In this document: positions 1 to 10,200 of the stretch, one piece after another
Layout: every line of letters starts with the position of its first letter
How positions within the stretch are numbered: the stretch's first letter is position 1
NCBI RefSeq assembly: GCF_001545095.1
Contig: NZ_CP013213.1
Coordinates: 420,001-452,000, forward strand
Length of the DNA stretch: 32,000 nt
Source: Erysipelothrix larvae
Lineage (GTDB): Bacteria > Bacillota_I > Bacilli_A > Erysipelotrichales > Erysipelotrichaceae
Direction: 5' to 3'
Notes under the pieces: model-generated
Told to the model about the DNA's origin: nothing
Database searches by the model: none
The model's input: the letters and a program-made list of their open reading frames with translations, nothing else
Program-made: the position numbers and the translations under genes

Positions 1-992
1 TTGGAGAATTAGATAAAGTGCAAGAGATTGTGGGGCTTGAGAAATTGGATACCACAGGGGTAGAAGTGTTTCAAGATATGTTTAGAGGCATGACATCCAT
101 CAAACATTTGGATTTAAAAGGAATGAATACTGAACGTGGCATCAATATGATTGGGATGTTCAGTGGGATGAGCCAGCTTGAGTCACTGGATATCTCGCAG
201 TTTGACACGTCCAAATTGATGTATGCTCGAGGGTTATTTAGTGGGTTGAGTTCACTAAAATCCTTAGACTTATCAAATTTTGATACACAAAATCTTGTGG
301 ATGCACGGTTTATGTTTGAAGGGATGACATCACTTGTAGACCTGAAGATGATGCAAACAGATTTAAGAAATCTTGAATTTGGATATGAATTGTTGGTGGG
401 GGCACCATCGATTCAAAGCATTACGTTAACAGAAACATTCTCTTTTGGAAATGATCCCGATTTGTTTGCGTTACATGATATTATATCAAGTCCAATGTTT
501 GATGACACGCTGTATACAGGCCTGTGGCAAAACGTTGGCACTGGGACACTTGATAACCCATTAGGAGAATTTATCTTCAGCACCCATGATTTATTGGTGT
601 ACTACAACGGAATTGAAATGGCAGACACGTATGTCTGGCAACCCATTCTAAAATCTGAAGAAGAATCAGACATTGACCTTGATCTAGAGATTGAATCGGA
701 CATTGAGACTGAAAGCGATGAGGGGTCAAAAGAGACGGGGAATACACAGGACCCAGAATATGTTGAGAATGGTCCAGATGAAACGGGGCATGAAAACCCC
801 ATAGAGAAAAGTGAGGGTGAAGTGGAGGAAACTTCGTCACTACCACAGGATGAAAACATTGCGACGGATTCGCAAGAGTCTACCAAAAATCTACCAAAAG
901 CAGGAATATTGTCAGTGAGTTATCGAAGTGGATTTGCATCATGTTTTGTGGGATGTCTTGTATTGTTTCTGAATAAGAAATCAATCAAGTGA
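1..992 (+). CDS. BspA-type leucine-rich-repeat (DUF285-like) surface protein, 5'-truncated by the window edge, with an acidic stalk and an LPKAG cell-wall sorting signal
   Basis: The reading frame is open from base 3, so the true start is upstream of the window. Tandem ~23-aa repeats follow the pattern MF.G(M/L)..L..LD(L/I)S.FDT. A D/E/S-rich linker (ESDIDLDLEIESDIETESDEG) follows. The C-terminus is NLPKAG, then a hydrophobic stretch, then KKSIK, which is a sortase-type signal. Confidence 0.8.
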   Translation, partial: GELDKVQEIVGLEKLDTTGVEVFQDMFRGMTSIKHLDLKGMNTERGINMIGMFSGMSQLESLDISQFDTSKLMYARGLFSGLSSLKSLDLSNFDTQNLVDARFMFEGMTSLVDLKMMQTDLRNLEFGYELLVGAPSIQSITLTETFSFGNDPDLFALHDIISSPMFDDTLYTGLWQNVGTGTLDNPLGEFIFSTHDLLVYYNGIEMADTYVWQPILKSEEESDIDLDLEIESDIETESDEGSKETGNTQDPEYVENGPDETGHENPIEKSEGEVEETSSLPQDENIATDSQESTKNLPKAGILSVSYRSGFASCFVGCLVLFLNKKSIK

Positions 993-1061
993 TGCAAGTT
1001 TGTGAACGTTTCAAAAAAATTCACTGAAAAATGTTTCTATATCTTAGTGAGCATGTTTAAA

Positions 1062-1092
1062 TTAAGTGTGCAGGGTTACTCTGCACACTTAA
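1062..1092 (+). promoter_or_regulatory. Perfect 12-bp inverted repeat (hairpin, 7-nt loop) directly abutting the Shine-Dalgarno sequence of the first Mga-like regulator gene
   Basis: ttaagtgtgcag (1062-1073), loop ggttact, ctgcacacttaa (1081-1092). The sequence ctAAGGAGGaATG follows immediately. There is no T-tract after the stem, so it is not a canonical intrinsic terminator. Confidence 0.5.
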
Positions 1093-1102
1093 CTAAGGAG
1101 GA

Positions 1103-2611
1103 ATGATGGAAGCACTGTTTTACAAATTTATTTATGATAAACAAATTAAACGCGTGATTAAGATGTTGGATTATCTATATCAAGCGAAACACCATGTTAC
1201 ACTTACTGAAATTGCAGAGTTCTTAGGCGTTACACCCAAAACAATTTATGCAACAATCGACCTGTGCAATACACATTTGTCTGAAGAAGAGTGTGTTAGC
1301 ATTGTGGGTAAGGAAATTGTGTACAGTGGCGGGGTGAATGAGTCCATTGAGGGTTCATTGATTAAAGTTGCACAAAAATCAATTGAATTTCAAATATTAG
1401 AGTATGCTTTTACCAATCGTAGGCTAACCTCAAAAGAACTTGCAGATGAGTTATATATCTCAGACTCGATGTTACGATCACGCATTAAACATATTAATCA
1501 AGCGCTGGAGCCCTTTAATTGTATGTTGTCATCGTATACGGTTCAAATGTGTGGGGACGAAAAGAACATTCGATATTTCTACTATACGTATTACAATGAG
1601 ATTCAAGAACTTTTTATCTCAATCAATGGTGACAAATTACGCTATGTGAATGACTTAACACGAAAAGTCAATTCAGTGTATCAAAAAATCGACGCACCCA
1701 AGTTACATTTTAATGTCCAACAAATAGCACGATGGTATCTGTTGATTCGTGAACGCATTGTGTCGGGGAATTATATTGAACTGGATGGGTGGTTTATCGA
1801 CCAAATTACCAAACGATCGTCTTATGGAATCTTTCGCAGCATTTATGAGCCACAGATTAAAGAAGCGGTGGGGGGACTTTTCATACCAGAAGCAGAACTT
1901 GTCTGGGCATATGTGATTTGCTTTAGCGCAACGGTGTATACCGCAAAAGCCCTTGAAGATCCATCCGTGACTTTGTATTGTGATGAACAAGACAATTTAA
2001 CGCAAAAATATAAATTGGAAGGGTTCTTAGGTCATATTGTGCATGAGTTTGAGATTCCACCTGAGCATCATGATTTGTTTGTGAAAATTCATAAAGCATA
2101 CTTTATCAACATGTCGTTGCTTACACAGGTCACACCACTTTTTCAAATGGGGTCGCATAATGTACGAAATTATGCCACTAGTACCTTGATTGAGTTATAT
2201 GAGAAGTGGTATGAAATTTTGGAAGATAAACGCTTAAAGGATGTTGTACCAGTTATATATCAAGAAACACTGGCGTCTCAATGTGCATTATTGACCAGTC
2301 AACTCATCTTAGATCAAAAGCGTTACCTTAAACGGATCTTGTTTTCTTTTGAAGGGGAAGCAGGGGTTGCGGCTTATTTAGAAGCAACCGCTGAAAATAT
2401 TTTGCCAGACTATGTAGATCGCGTCTTTATGTACTCAGATGCCATCTCATCCTATGTGATTGAAGCCATGAAACCAGATTTAGTAGTATGTAATTATGCA
2501 GTACCCGAGATTATTGCGGATTATCATTACTTACGGATGTCTAACTTGCCAACACAACAAGAGTGGTCATTATTAAGGGATATGATCATGAAACTACCGC
2601 ATAAGTTTTAA
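1103..2611 (+). CDS. Mga-family (HTH_Mga/PRD-like) transcriptional regulator, paralog 1
   Basis: The ORF is ~500 aa. It has an N-terminal double wHTH-like region (VTLTEIAEFLGVTPKTIYATI; LTSKELADELYISDSMLRSRIKHIN) and the conserved block NIRYFYYTYY. Architecture and C-terminal block (SNLPTQQEWSLLRDMI) match the two other paralogs. AGGAGG lies at 1096-1101, so the real start may be the second ATG at 1106. Confidence 0.7.
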   Translation: MMEALFYKFIYDKQIKRVIKMLDYLYQAKHHVTLTEIAEFLGVTPKTIYATIDLCNTHLSEEECVSIVGKEIVYSGGVNESIEGSLIKVAQKSIEFQILEYAFTNRRLTSKELADELYISDSMLRSRIKHINQALEPFNCMLSSYTVQMCGDEKNIRYFYYTYYNEIQELFISINGDKLRYVNDLTRKVNSVYQKIDAPKLHFNVQQIARWYLLIRERIVSGNYIELDGWFIDQITKRSSYGIFRSIYEPQIKEAVGGLFIPEAELVWAYVICFSATVYTAKALEDPSVTLYCDEQDNLTQKYKLEGFLGHIVHEFEIPPEHHDLFVKIHKAYFINMSLLTQVTPLFQMGSHNVRNYATSTLIELYEKWYEILEDKRLKDVVPVIYQETLASQCALLTSQLILDQKRYLKRILFSFEGEAGVAAYLEATAENILPDYVDRVFMYSDAISSYVIEAMKPDLVVCNYAVPEIIADYHYLRMSNLPTQQEWSLLRDMIMKLPHKF

Positions 2612-2624
2612 AAAATAAAGAAAA

Positions 2625-2657
2625 AAGTCATTGATCGTGAACTACTTTCAATGACTT
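2625..2657. terminator. Hairpin between convergent genes, probably a bidirectional intrinsic terminator
   Basis: aagtcattga (2625-2634) pairs with tcaatgactt (2648-2657) across a 13-nt loop. An A-run lies upstream and ttattt lies downstream. It sits between the stops at 2611 (+) and 2661 (-). Confidence 0.45.
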
Positions 2658-2660
2658 ATT

Positions 2661-3182
2661 TCATGGGCGTAATGCTTGAAGCTTATTTCGTAAAAGAGGA
2701 TGTAGTGAATCGGGTTGCGTGTTTGTAATCGAACACACTTTAACGTGGGGGTAACGGTGGGGCCAATCAAGTTCATATGCATCCGACTTGAGTGAATCCG
2801 TCGCTTCATTATAGTAAAAGAGGGTGTTTTGATAGATAAACCCTTGGACTTCTTGATAGGTTTGTTCGTGGTAGGAATGACTTTGAACATCAAACTCTAA
2901 AAGATGACACACAACAAACGAAACATCGTGATCTGTGGGGATCGGTTGGCTGAGTTTGTGGTACAAGGCTGCATCAGAGAGTGTCAACAGATCATCAAGA
3001 ATTCCGATGATATTCCACAGCTTTTGACCCGACTCATCATATGAAAGGTAGGGGTGGGATTGAATTATATGACAACACTCGTTATACGTTAAGCGAAGGC
3101 TGATTTCATGATTCATGTAATCGTTAATGCTAAAGGATGACAGGGGGGTTAGGGCTTGATTTTCAGTGTGTGATTGTTTCAT
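2661..3182 (-). CDS. Hypothetical cytoplasmic protein (173 aa), no recognisable domain
   Basis: An ATG start is preceded by AAGGAG (reverse complement of 3189-3194) at about 7 nt spacing. There is no signal peptide or TM segment. No motif was recognised. Confidence 0.55.
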   Translation of the reverse strand: MKQSHTENQALTPLSSFSINDYMNHEISLRLTYNECCHIIQSHPYLSYDESGQKLWNIIGILDDLLTLSDAALYHKLSQPIPTDHDVSFVVCHLLEFDVQSHSYHEQTYQEVQGFIYQNTLFYYNEATDSLKSDAYELDWPHRYPHVKVCSITNTQPDSLHPLLRNKLQALRP

Positions 3183-3337
3183 ATTTACTCCTTAATGTAG
3201 GATGCGACGACATAAAAAGTTTCAATATCCCATCTTTATGAAAAGTATAACAAAGAATTGGGAATTTGATGGACTAAAATGTTTCTGTTGAGAACAAAAT
3301 AAAGCCAATCCTTTCACTTAGAAGTATAAAATTTATT

Positions 3338-3362
3338 ATAAGAAAACCAGCATACGCTGGTT
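3338..3362 (-). terminator. Intrinsic terminator of Mga-like paralog 2
   Basis: On the minus strand, aaccagc / gctggtt form a 7-bp stem with a 4-nt loop, followed by ttttctt. The stem overlaps the stop codon at 3361-3363. Confidence 0.6.
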
Positions 3363-4872
3363 AACTTGTAAATGTGGTCATATCCATAATGATGTTGCGT
3401 AAAGAGGTCCATTCCGCAAGATTTGGAATGTGAGACAACTTCACAACACGCGTACTCAGCTCCTCTTGATTTGGTAAACTATAATTCGAGACAATTAAGT
3501 TTGGGTTTAAGTGATCCAGTGTCACTTTAGTGATAGGCTCATCGATAATATAGCAAGAATCAATATTTTGAGGAATCATGAATTTCGTTTGTTGGATTAA
3601 GAAATCGTCATACCCTGATTCACCTTGGAAGGCAAAGAGTACTTTAAGGTTATGATGCTTCAAATGACTTTGCAGGGAGAAGTGCATGAGTGCAAGCCCC
3701 ACGGCAATGTCCTCCATGAAATAAAGCGGGAACAGATTTTGACCCTCTTTAGAATACAGATGTTGCATCCAAATCTTATAATATTCACCGATTGCTTCTT
3801 TCGCAAAGACTTTCACAACTTCGGTTGTTCTTTGAAATTGTGGCGATAGGAGTGTCAGTGTATCTAGGTTAATCAGATACGAGCGCATCTTGTTTAGAAG
3901 ATCGCCTTCCACTAAAGATGGACTGAACTCACTGCTTAAAAAGAGATTAATGCGTTCAAGAAGATCCAAGTCAACATAGCGGTGAAGAATGAACTCGCGA
4001 TTACACTGCTCACCTAAACTACAGGTTGGTTCACTGTAGGAAACACAGTCAAGGATTAAGACAAAGGCCCACATGACCTCATCATCACTGAGTTTTGTGA
4101 TTTGGAATACATTGCTGAATGCATTTCTAAATGCATTTGAGAAATCAGCATAATGGTACATCTTCAATATGCGATCACGGAATGTTTGATCTAGTTCAAC
4201 GTAATGCTTATACATGATTCGATTGCGGATAATCATGATCCACATCGTCGCTCTGAAGTGACTAATATGGATATTTGGTTTAATTAAGTCAATCGAACCT
4301 TCGATCAGTTCACGATAAGCAAGGGCATTGAGTTCAAAGTCCTTATCTACTGCAAAGAAATCATTAAATTCTTGATAGAACGAGAACAAGAAGTATCGAA
4401 TATCTGTTTCACTGCCTACAAAATCAAGGGGTGAAAACGAAATCGAAATATTGAAGTCCTCGAGTCCTACATTGATTTGTCTCAAAATACGTTTTAGAGA
4501 ATAGGTAGATAAATAAAGATCAGAAGCTAAACGCTCGAATGTTGTTTTCTTGTTGTTGAAGATACCATCTATAATACGATATACATCGGTTTCACGTGCA
4601 AGATCCATAATGACTGCAGGAATTGACACCCCTTCTGGATAGCTCAAGAAATATCCGTCTTTTCCTAAAGACTCAAGTTGGACGTGACAGGGGAGACTTG
4701 TATTAAATGCTCGTATATCAGCGCGTAATGTCGGAACTGAACAACCAATCACTTTTGAAAGATCAACAATACTCACAGTTGTTCTTACTTTACTGAGATA
4801 CTGAAGTGCTTGAACTTGTCTACAGAACTGTCTGTTTATGGATAACGACATAAATAACTGTTTTGAGTGCAT
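3361..4872 (-). CDS. Mga-family transcriptional regulator, paralog 2
   Basis: The ORF is 503 aa and is preceded by AGGAGG. It has an N-terminal HTH (VSIVDLSKVIGCSVPTLRADIRAF). It aligns by eye along its full length with 12353-13840, for example GYFLSYPEG(V/L)SIP, TDVY(R/K)IIDG(I/L)F, ESDIRYF and the C-terminal IPNLAEWT.LRN.I.D. Confidence 0.75.
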   Translation of the reverse strand: MHSKQLFMSLSINRQFCRQVQALQYLSKVRTTVSIVDLSKVIGCSVPTLRADIRAFNTSLPCHVQLESLGKDGYFLSYPEGVSIPAVIMDLARETDVYRIIDGIFNNKKTTFERLASDLYLSTYSLKRILRQINVGLEDFNISISFSPLDFVGSETDIRYFLFSFYQEFNDFFAVDKDFELNALAYRELIEGSIDLIKPNIHISHFRATMWIMIIRNRIMYKHYVELDQTFRDRILKMYHYADFSNAFRNAFSNVFQITKLSDDEVMWAFVLILDCVSYSEPTCSLGEQCNREFILHRYVDLDLLERINLFLSSEFSPSLVEGDLLNKMRSYLINLDTLTLLSPQFQRTTEVVKVFAKEAIGEYYKIWMQHLYSKEGQNLFPLYFMEDIAVGLALMHFSLQSHLKHHNLKVLFAFQGESGYDDFLIQQTKFMIPQNIDSCYIIDEPITKVTLDHLNPNLIVSNYSLPNQEELSTRVVKLSHIPNLAEWTSLRNIIMDMTTFTS

Positions 4873-5375
4873 AGATTATCCTCCTTTATTAAAAAATTTT
4901 ATACATGGTCTGTACAAAAAGATTGTAAAACTAATTGGATTGGAAAGAAAGGCACATTTTTTTCTTACTTACGAAAAAAAAGCGCCGTTCATGGTTCATA
5001 ACGATGAAATAGTCTGGTTTTTAACGTTAATATGTGATATTTTTTTCACACTTTTAAGAAAAAACAGGCATATCAAATGTAAAAAAAACCAACTAAAATG
5101 TACATTTTTGCTTAATTTCTTAGTAAAGAAAGGTCTTTTGAAAAGTGACGTTAAGAATAAAGAACTACGAAATTCAATCGCGAACATGAATCAATAATCA
5201 ATTTCTTTCTTGTACTAGAAAAGAAATTTCTAGAGGTGTAAACTACCCCGATTCTTGGTGAAATAACTGATAAAATTCACATATAAAGCGGTTTTGTGGG
5301 GTTGTTTGAAAAAAGAAACAGGGGTAGTGCTTGAGGTGAAATCCATGCCGATACCTATAAATCAATGAATATTTG

Positions 5376-5404
5376 TTGACAGAGGAAAAAATGTTGATTA
5401 CACT
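5376..5404 (+). promoter_or_regulatory. Sigma-A-type promoter candidate for the DUF4177 gene
   Basis: TTGACA (5376-5381), a 17-nt spacer, then TACACT (5399-5404). It lies about 50 nt upstream of the ATG at 5454. Confidence 0.45.
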
Positions 5405-5453
5405 ATTATGTCAGCAGCATGTGTAATCTGACAGTATCAAGGAGAAAATACAT

Positions 5454-5657
5454 ATGAAACAATTCGAATATAGAGTTGTATATTCTGATATTACAACCGA
5501 TCCTTCTTTAGTTTATGACCTAAATGAGATGGGGAAAGATGGATGGGAACTTGCTTCCATTAGCAATCATCCTCAAGTTGGGGGTGTTGAAAAGAATATA
5601 TTTGGAATCGCAAAGAAAAGCGTTCTTGTTTTCAAACGCGAGATTGTTGAACCATAA
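5454..5657 (+). CDS. Small DUF4177-like protein (67 aa)
   Basis: AAGGAG RBS at good spacing. The pattern M.Q(F/Y)EY.V..........LNE.G.DGWEL is the signature I associate with DUF4177. Confidence 0.65.
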   Translation: MKQFEYRVVYSDITTDPSLVYDLNEMGKDGWELASISNHPQVGGVEKNIFGIAKKSVLVFKREIVEP

Positions 5658-5676
5658 AATTATAAAAAAGTATATA

Positions 5677-5742
5677 AAAAGAGGCAGGATCACAGGTGGC
5701 ATAAACTATGTTTAAATTCCACTGTGAACACGCCTCTTTTTT
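5677..5742. terminator. Long imperfect stem-loop between convergent genes, a possible bidirectional terminator
   Basis: The outer stem is aaaagaggc (5677-5685) / gcctctttt (5732-5740). The inner stem is cacag(g)tgg / ccactgtg. T-runs follow on both strands. The structure abuts the EAL gene stop at 5741-5743. Confidence 0.4.
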
Positions 5743-6931
5743 ATTCGTCTGGATAGTGCTTCATAAAGTCGATTGCATCATCAAAATTAAGTGGCTTACT
5801 GAAGTAATACCCTTGGATAACATTACAGCTCTTATTTTTAAGCCAACTTACTTGGTGTTCAGTTTCGGCACCTTCCGCAACAATGTCAAGTCCTAACTCA
5901 TTTGCCATGGTAATGATACTGTTTAGGAAACGCTCATCCTTATTAATGTCGTCGATAAATGTTTTGTCTATTTTGAGAACATTGATATCCAGTTCGCGAA
6001 GGCGTAACATGGATGAATAGCCTCGACCATAATCGTCGATGTATGTTGTGATCCCTAACTCATTGAGTTCAGCAACACGTAATTTAAGCAAATCAATTGT
6101 ATCGTCAAATGTAGATTCAGTAATCTCAAAACCAAGTTGCTGAGGCGATACTTTATAAAATTCCAACAGTGTTGTGACATTGTGAATACAATCGGGATGT
6201 AAGACGTATTCATTGGGTGCATTGATTGACACAATGGGTTTGGAATAACCTTCTCGATTTAGTTTCTGAATAAACTCAAGGGCTTGTGTTAGAATCCAAC
6301 GTGTTAATGCGTTATAGTAGTCGGAGTTTTCTGCAATCTCGAAAATGAGTGGGGGTGGGATAAAGCCATACTCAGGATGAATCCAGCGTGTGAGAGCTTC
6401 AAATCCTACAATCTCATGGGAGTCTACATCAATTTGTGGTTGGAATACAACAAATAATTGATTTGAGAATCCTTGAACTGAAAGCAATCGTAAATCACGT
6501 TCAATCACTTGACGTCGTATGAGTTCTTGATGGATATCTTCGGTTACGATAATTTGTGATGTATCCGAAGCTTCTTTGAGTTGCATCGTGGTAACTTTAT
6601 AGGATTCAAACAGTGTATCAACACTGTCTACTTCTAAAATATCGGTAATATAAGTTGTTCTGAGTTCAAAGTTAAAGTCAACATCATTGATAACATCTTG
6701 AATTGATTTCAAGACTGCATCTTCATTTCGGTTGTGTGAAAGCATGAAGAATACATCATCTTGATAACGGTAGATTTCTTCACTCTCAGAATGTGTCTTC
6801 AAGATATCAACAAATCGTTTTAGGTTATCAATCAGCGTCTCATGTGTATTGAGAAGTTGCATCCGACGGAAGTTGGTGATCAAGAAAACTGAAACAGTCG
6901 TATGGGGGGTGCTATTGGTTTGTTGGAGCAT
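5741..6931 (-). CDS. c-di-GMP phosphodiesterase with an intact EAL domain preceded by a degenerate GGDEF-like domain
   Basis: EAL-domain motifs are all present: QPQID...GFEALTRW, SINAP, EITES, DDYGRGYSS, KIDKTFI, AEGAETEHQ, QGYYFSKP. The N-terminal ~130 aa resemble a GGDEF domain, but the signature is replaced (RYQDDVFFML in place of R.GGDEF). Confidence 0.85.
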   Translation of the reverse strand: MLQQTNSTPHTTVSVFLITNFRRMQLLNTHETLIDNLKRFVDILKTHSESEEIYRYQDDVFFMLSHNRNEDAVLKSIQDVINDVDFNFELRTTYITDILEVDSVDTLFESYKVTTMQLKEASDTSQIIVTEDIHQELIRRQVIERDLRLLSVQGFSNQLFVVFQPQIDVDSHEIVGFEALTRWIHPEYGFIPPPLIFEIAENSDYYNALTRWILTQALEFIQKLNREGYSKPIVSINAPNEYVLHPDCIHNVTTLLEFYKVSPQQLGFEITESTFDDTIDLLKLRVAELNELGITTYIDDYGRGYSSMLRLRELDINVLKIDKTFIDDINKDERFLNSIITMANELGLDIVAEGAETEHQVSWLKNKSCNVIQGYYFSKPLNFDDAIDFMKHYPDE

Positions 6932-7243
6932 ATCGTAATTTGAACGTTTTCTATTGGTTTGGTGGGGATAAGAGGGATTTTGGGTTCTAAGTTTGTGATT
7001 GTGTGTAGTGATAAGTCTTTTAGTGTTTGTGAATCGTTATCTTAGTAGAGGGCAGATACTCTTCGTGTTTTTTTTAATTTCGTATGCATGGTTTTTGTTG
7101 TCTGTATGTAGGGTTGGATGTATGTGCTTGAGGATAATGAGTAGGGGGTGTTGTCTCATTAAACGGTTTATTTTGTTATGGGTGTATAAGGTTACACATA
7201 ATTTAGTAGTGTGGAAAGAAATAATAATGGGGGGAAAACCAGT

Positions 7244-10200
7244 ATGAAGGATAAACGATTATCGAATGTGTTGGTATCATGTTTTATGTTTTTAATCATG
7301 GTTGCGTCGTCAATTTCTTTTTTTAATGTACGGGCAGAAGATGTTGTCTGTAGTGAATTATCGCCTGTGGAAGGGTTTGTGAAAAGAGAGACTTATGCGC
7401 GTTTTTTTGATGAAAACATGGAAGAATATGCGACGAAATATTTATTGGAGTTTTATGTACAGGGGCGTCTTAACACAACGCTTTCTCGTGTAGTTGAAGA
7501 TGGTAAACCGTATACGATTTTAGAGCGTGATTTACCCAAACATGAATCAAAGTGTTGGCGTGTTATTGAGGTGACACGTAATTTTGAAGCATCAGATGTC
7601 TATGGGTTGGGGAGTGTCTTAACCTACAGTCGTGATTTTAGGAATGTCTTAATACGTCTAGTTCCGTTTGATGAACCTGATCATATCGTGGAGCATCGTG
7701 TTGATTTTATGGTAGGACAGGATGTGTTTACATCAATTATGGTTCGTGATGGGAATGTTGTAAACATGCCAAAAGAGACACCACCTAAACCGAATTATAA
7801 ATTGCAGTTTAAGGGATGGTTTATTGATGAGGATCTTTTGATTCCTTTTGATAGTACTGAACCGATAATTGGTTATTTGAAGCTTTATGCAGGGTTCAAA
7901 AACACCTTCACAGTAACGTTTAAGGATGCTTCGGGTGAGGTTTATGATATACGTGAGGGTGAAATTGGTAGAGGGATTGATGCGCCGTCGCAAAACCCAA
8001 AATCGCTGGTTGAGGGTATGGATTTTCAATTTTGGATGAATGAAAGCGATCGCAGCGATGCTATGGTTGATTTCCCACTTGGAGTATATAAAGACATAAC
8101 CCTGATTCCTTATTTTAGTAATGAGAGTACTGTGAATTTTTATTCAAGTAATACGTTAATTGATTCTCAACACGTTAAAGTGGGTGAATCGATACAAAAC
8201 TTCCCAACGCCACAAAATGAAGGGTATCATTTTGAAGGGTGGGGGTTGAAGGCGGATGCTTCATGGGAAAATCAAGAAGATTTCTTTGATGTGACGACAC
8301 CGATAACCAGTCCAATACAGTTATTTGCGATATGGCGTCCCTTGATTGTTTCATATAGAGTTGATTACTATGTTGAGAAATTGAACTTTAAAGGGCGACC
8401 TGGGACTAATCTACATAATTATCAACATACTGCAAGCGTTAATATTGATGAATCAAACAGTAGTGTCTATGCAGGTACTGTAATCGATGGAGATCAACTT
8501 CGTGATTATGCAAATCAGTATTTTACCGATGCAACGAATGGTACACTTGGCACACATGACGTCAGCAGCTTGAATCTTGATTTGTTGTTTTCTGAGTTTA
8601 GTTTTGGTGCTTCTACTATCATCCAAGGGGATGGTTCATCCATCATCCAGGTATACTATACACGCATCCCATTAAGTGTTCGTTTTGATTTAGGATCGAG
8701 TTTTGAAGCAATTGAGATTAATGGGGAAGTCTATCATCAATCACAATCTGTTTATACTTTAATTGCGAAATATGGTCAAGATATCAGTGAACTCTTTCCA
8801 GGACAAAGTAATGTGTGGAATAAAGATGGGAATCAATTTGAATCGTGGTCCGTAGTTGGGACACAGAATGCTGTGGGTCAGGATGTTAAGGTTCTTGGTT
8901 CACCTTCAACGTTCCCCTATTGGTTGGTTCCTGTTAACTATGAAACCAATCGGTTAATCACATTAAAAGCAAATGTTGCTGTCAATAGCGAACAAGCCAG
9001 TCGTCATGTTTATGTGTCAGTCAGTGAACAACACTTAAAAAATGTGCCGATATCAGAAGTTTTTGAGTTGAGTCAAGTAGAAGGTCTTAAAGTGTTGGCA
9101 CCACACTTCATACGCCATGAAGGTGTTACTTATGAACATGTGGATAAATATGATGAAACATTTATTGTATCCAATGGATTGCAATCCAGTAGTGATGCAC
9201 TCCCAGTCATTAGCGGTCAAACCTTTCATTCCAGTCATATAGTGAACCATGTCGAAATGAAGCGTGTCTCTCAATTCATTTTTTACACGCGAGATGAAGT
9301 CGCGCTTCACTTTGATCCAATGCAAGGATCACTTGAGCCCGCTGAGAAGGTCATGGCTATCCCATCGGGTGATACGATATCACAGTGGCTTAAGGATCAT
9401 GAGATGGATCTTCCAGTGCCAAAGCATCCAAAAGAGAATCATCAGTTTTTAGGGTGGTATACGACCAATAATCCAAACAATGCGTTAGAATTTGATCCTC
9501 AAAGTAAGATGCCGACACAAAAGTGGACCGTGTTTGCCTTATATGAACCAAACGTGAATTCAGTTGAGATCTATTCCAGCACTCTTGATGGCAATTATAT
9601 AGACTTCCAATCCATTAATCATGGGGAGCCTGTGAAAGAGATTTCTAAGTTCAAGAAGGGGTATTATTATGATGGATTGGGGCAATTCATAGGATGGGGT
9701 GTCTATGCACCAGATTTGATTCAATATAACTTTAATGAAGCCGTATATAAAGATCTACAAATATATGGGATGTGGAAAAACAACGACTTTAGAATTACTT
9801 ATGACTTGGGGGATGGTTTAGGTATGGCTCCAGTCGATACGAATACCTATCAATTCAATGATCGTGTTTCTTTACCACAGAGATTGGATATTCGCAATTC
9901 TAAGGGTGATTGTTTAGTGGGTTGGGTTGATACGAAGTCCAATGAATTCTATGACCCGGATATACGTTATCGCATTCAATACGATACAATCTTTAAGGCA
10001 GTGTATCTTCCACAAAATTCTGATGTATCAACGGTAGAATATCATGAAAATAATGATTCAGAAGGACAGAGATTAACGTATGTCCTTTTGGTAAATGATG
10101 TGCTGAATCGAACGTTTGATAAGGGATACTTTGAAAGAGAAGGGTATGTTCAAATTGGGTGGTCTACTACCTCTAGTGGTCCTGTTGACATTGGTCTATA

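Noticed and set aside
577-886. Two minus-strand ORFs (577-846 and 602-886) overlapping the 3' part of the LRR surface protein gene
   Set aside because: They lie antisense to the D/E/S-rich low-complexity stalk, have no RBS, and translate to low-complexity S/P/C-rich strings. They are typical shadow ORFs.
4838-5197. A 119-aa plus-strand ORF and a 63-aa minus-strand ORF (4996-5187) in the spacer upstream of Mga-like paralog 2
   Set aside because: The region is extremely A/T-rich promoter-type sequence. The 119-aa ORF begins antisense inside the regulator gene. Neither has an RBS, and both have K/F/L/N-rich composition that reflects AT bias rather than coding.
5243-5327. Inverted repeat ctacccc (5243-5249) / ggggtag (5321-5327) as a possible structured RNA or riboswitch
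   Set aside because: The arms are only 7 bp and ~70 nt apart. The element lies upstream of the best promoter candidate for the downstream gene and matches no riboswitch class I can recognise.
6999-7247. An 82-aa ORF rich in Cys, Val and Leu upstream of the giant adhesin gene
   Set aside because: It is an artefact of the G+T-skewed intergenic sequence. It has a non-ATG start, no RBS, and runs into the RBS and start of the real gene.
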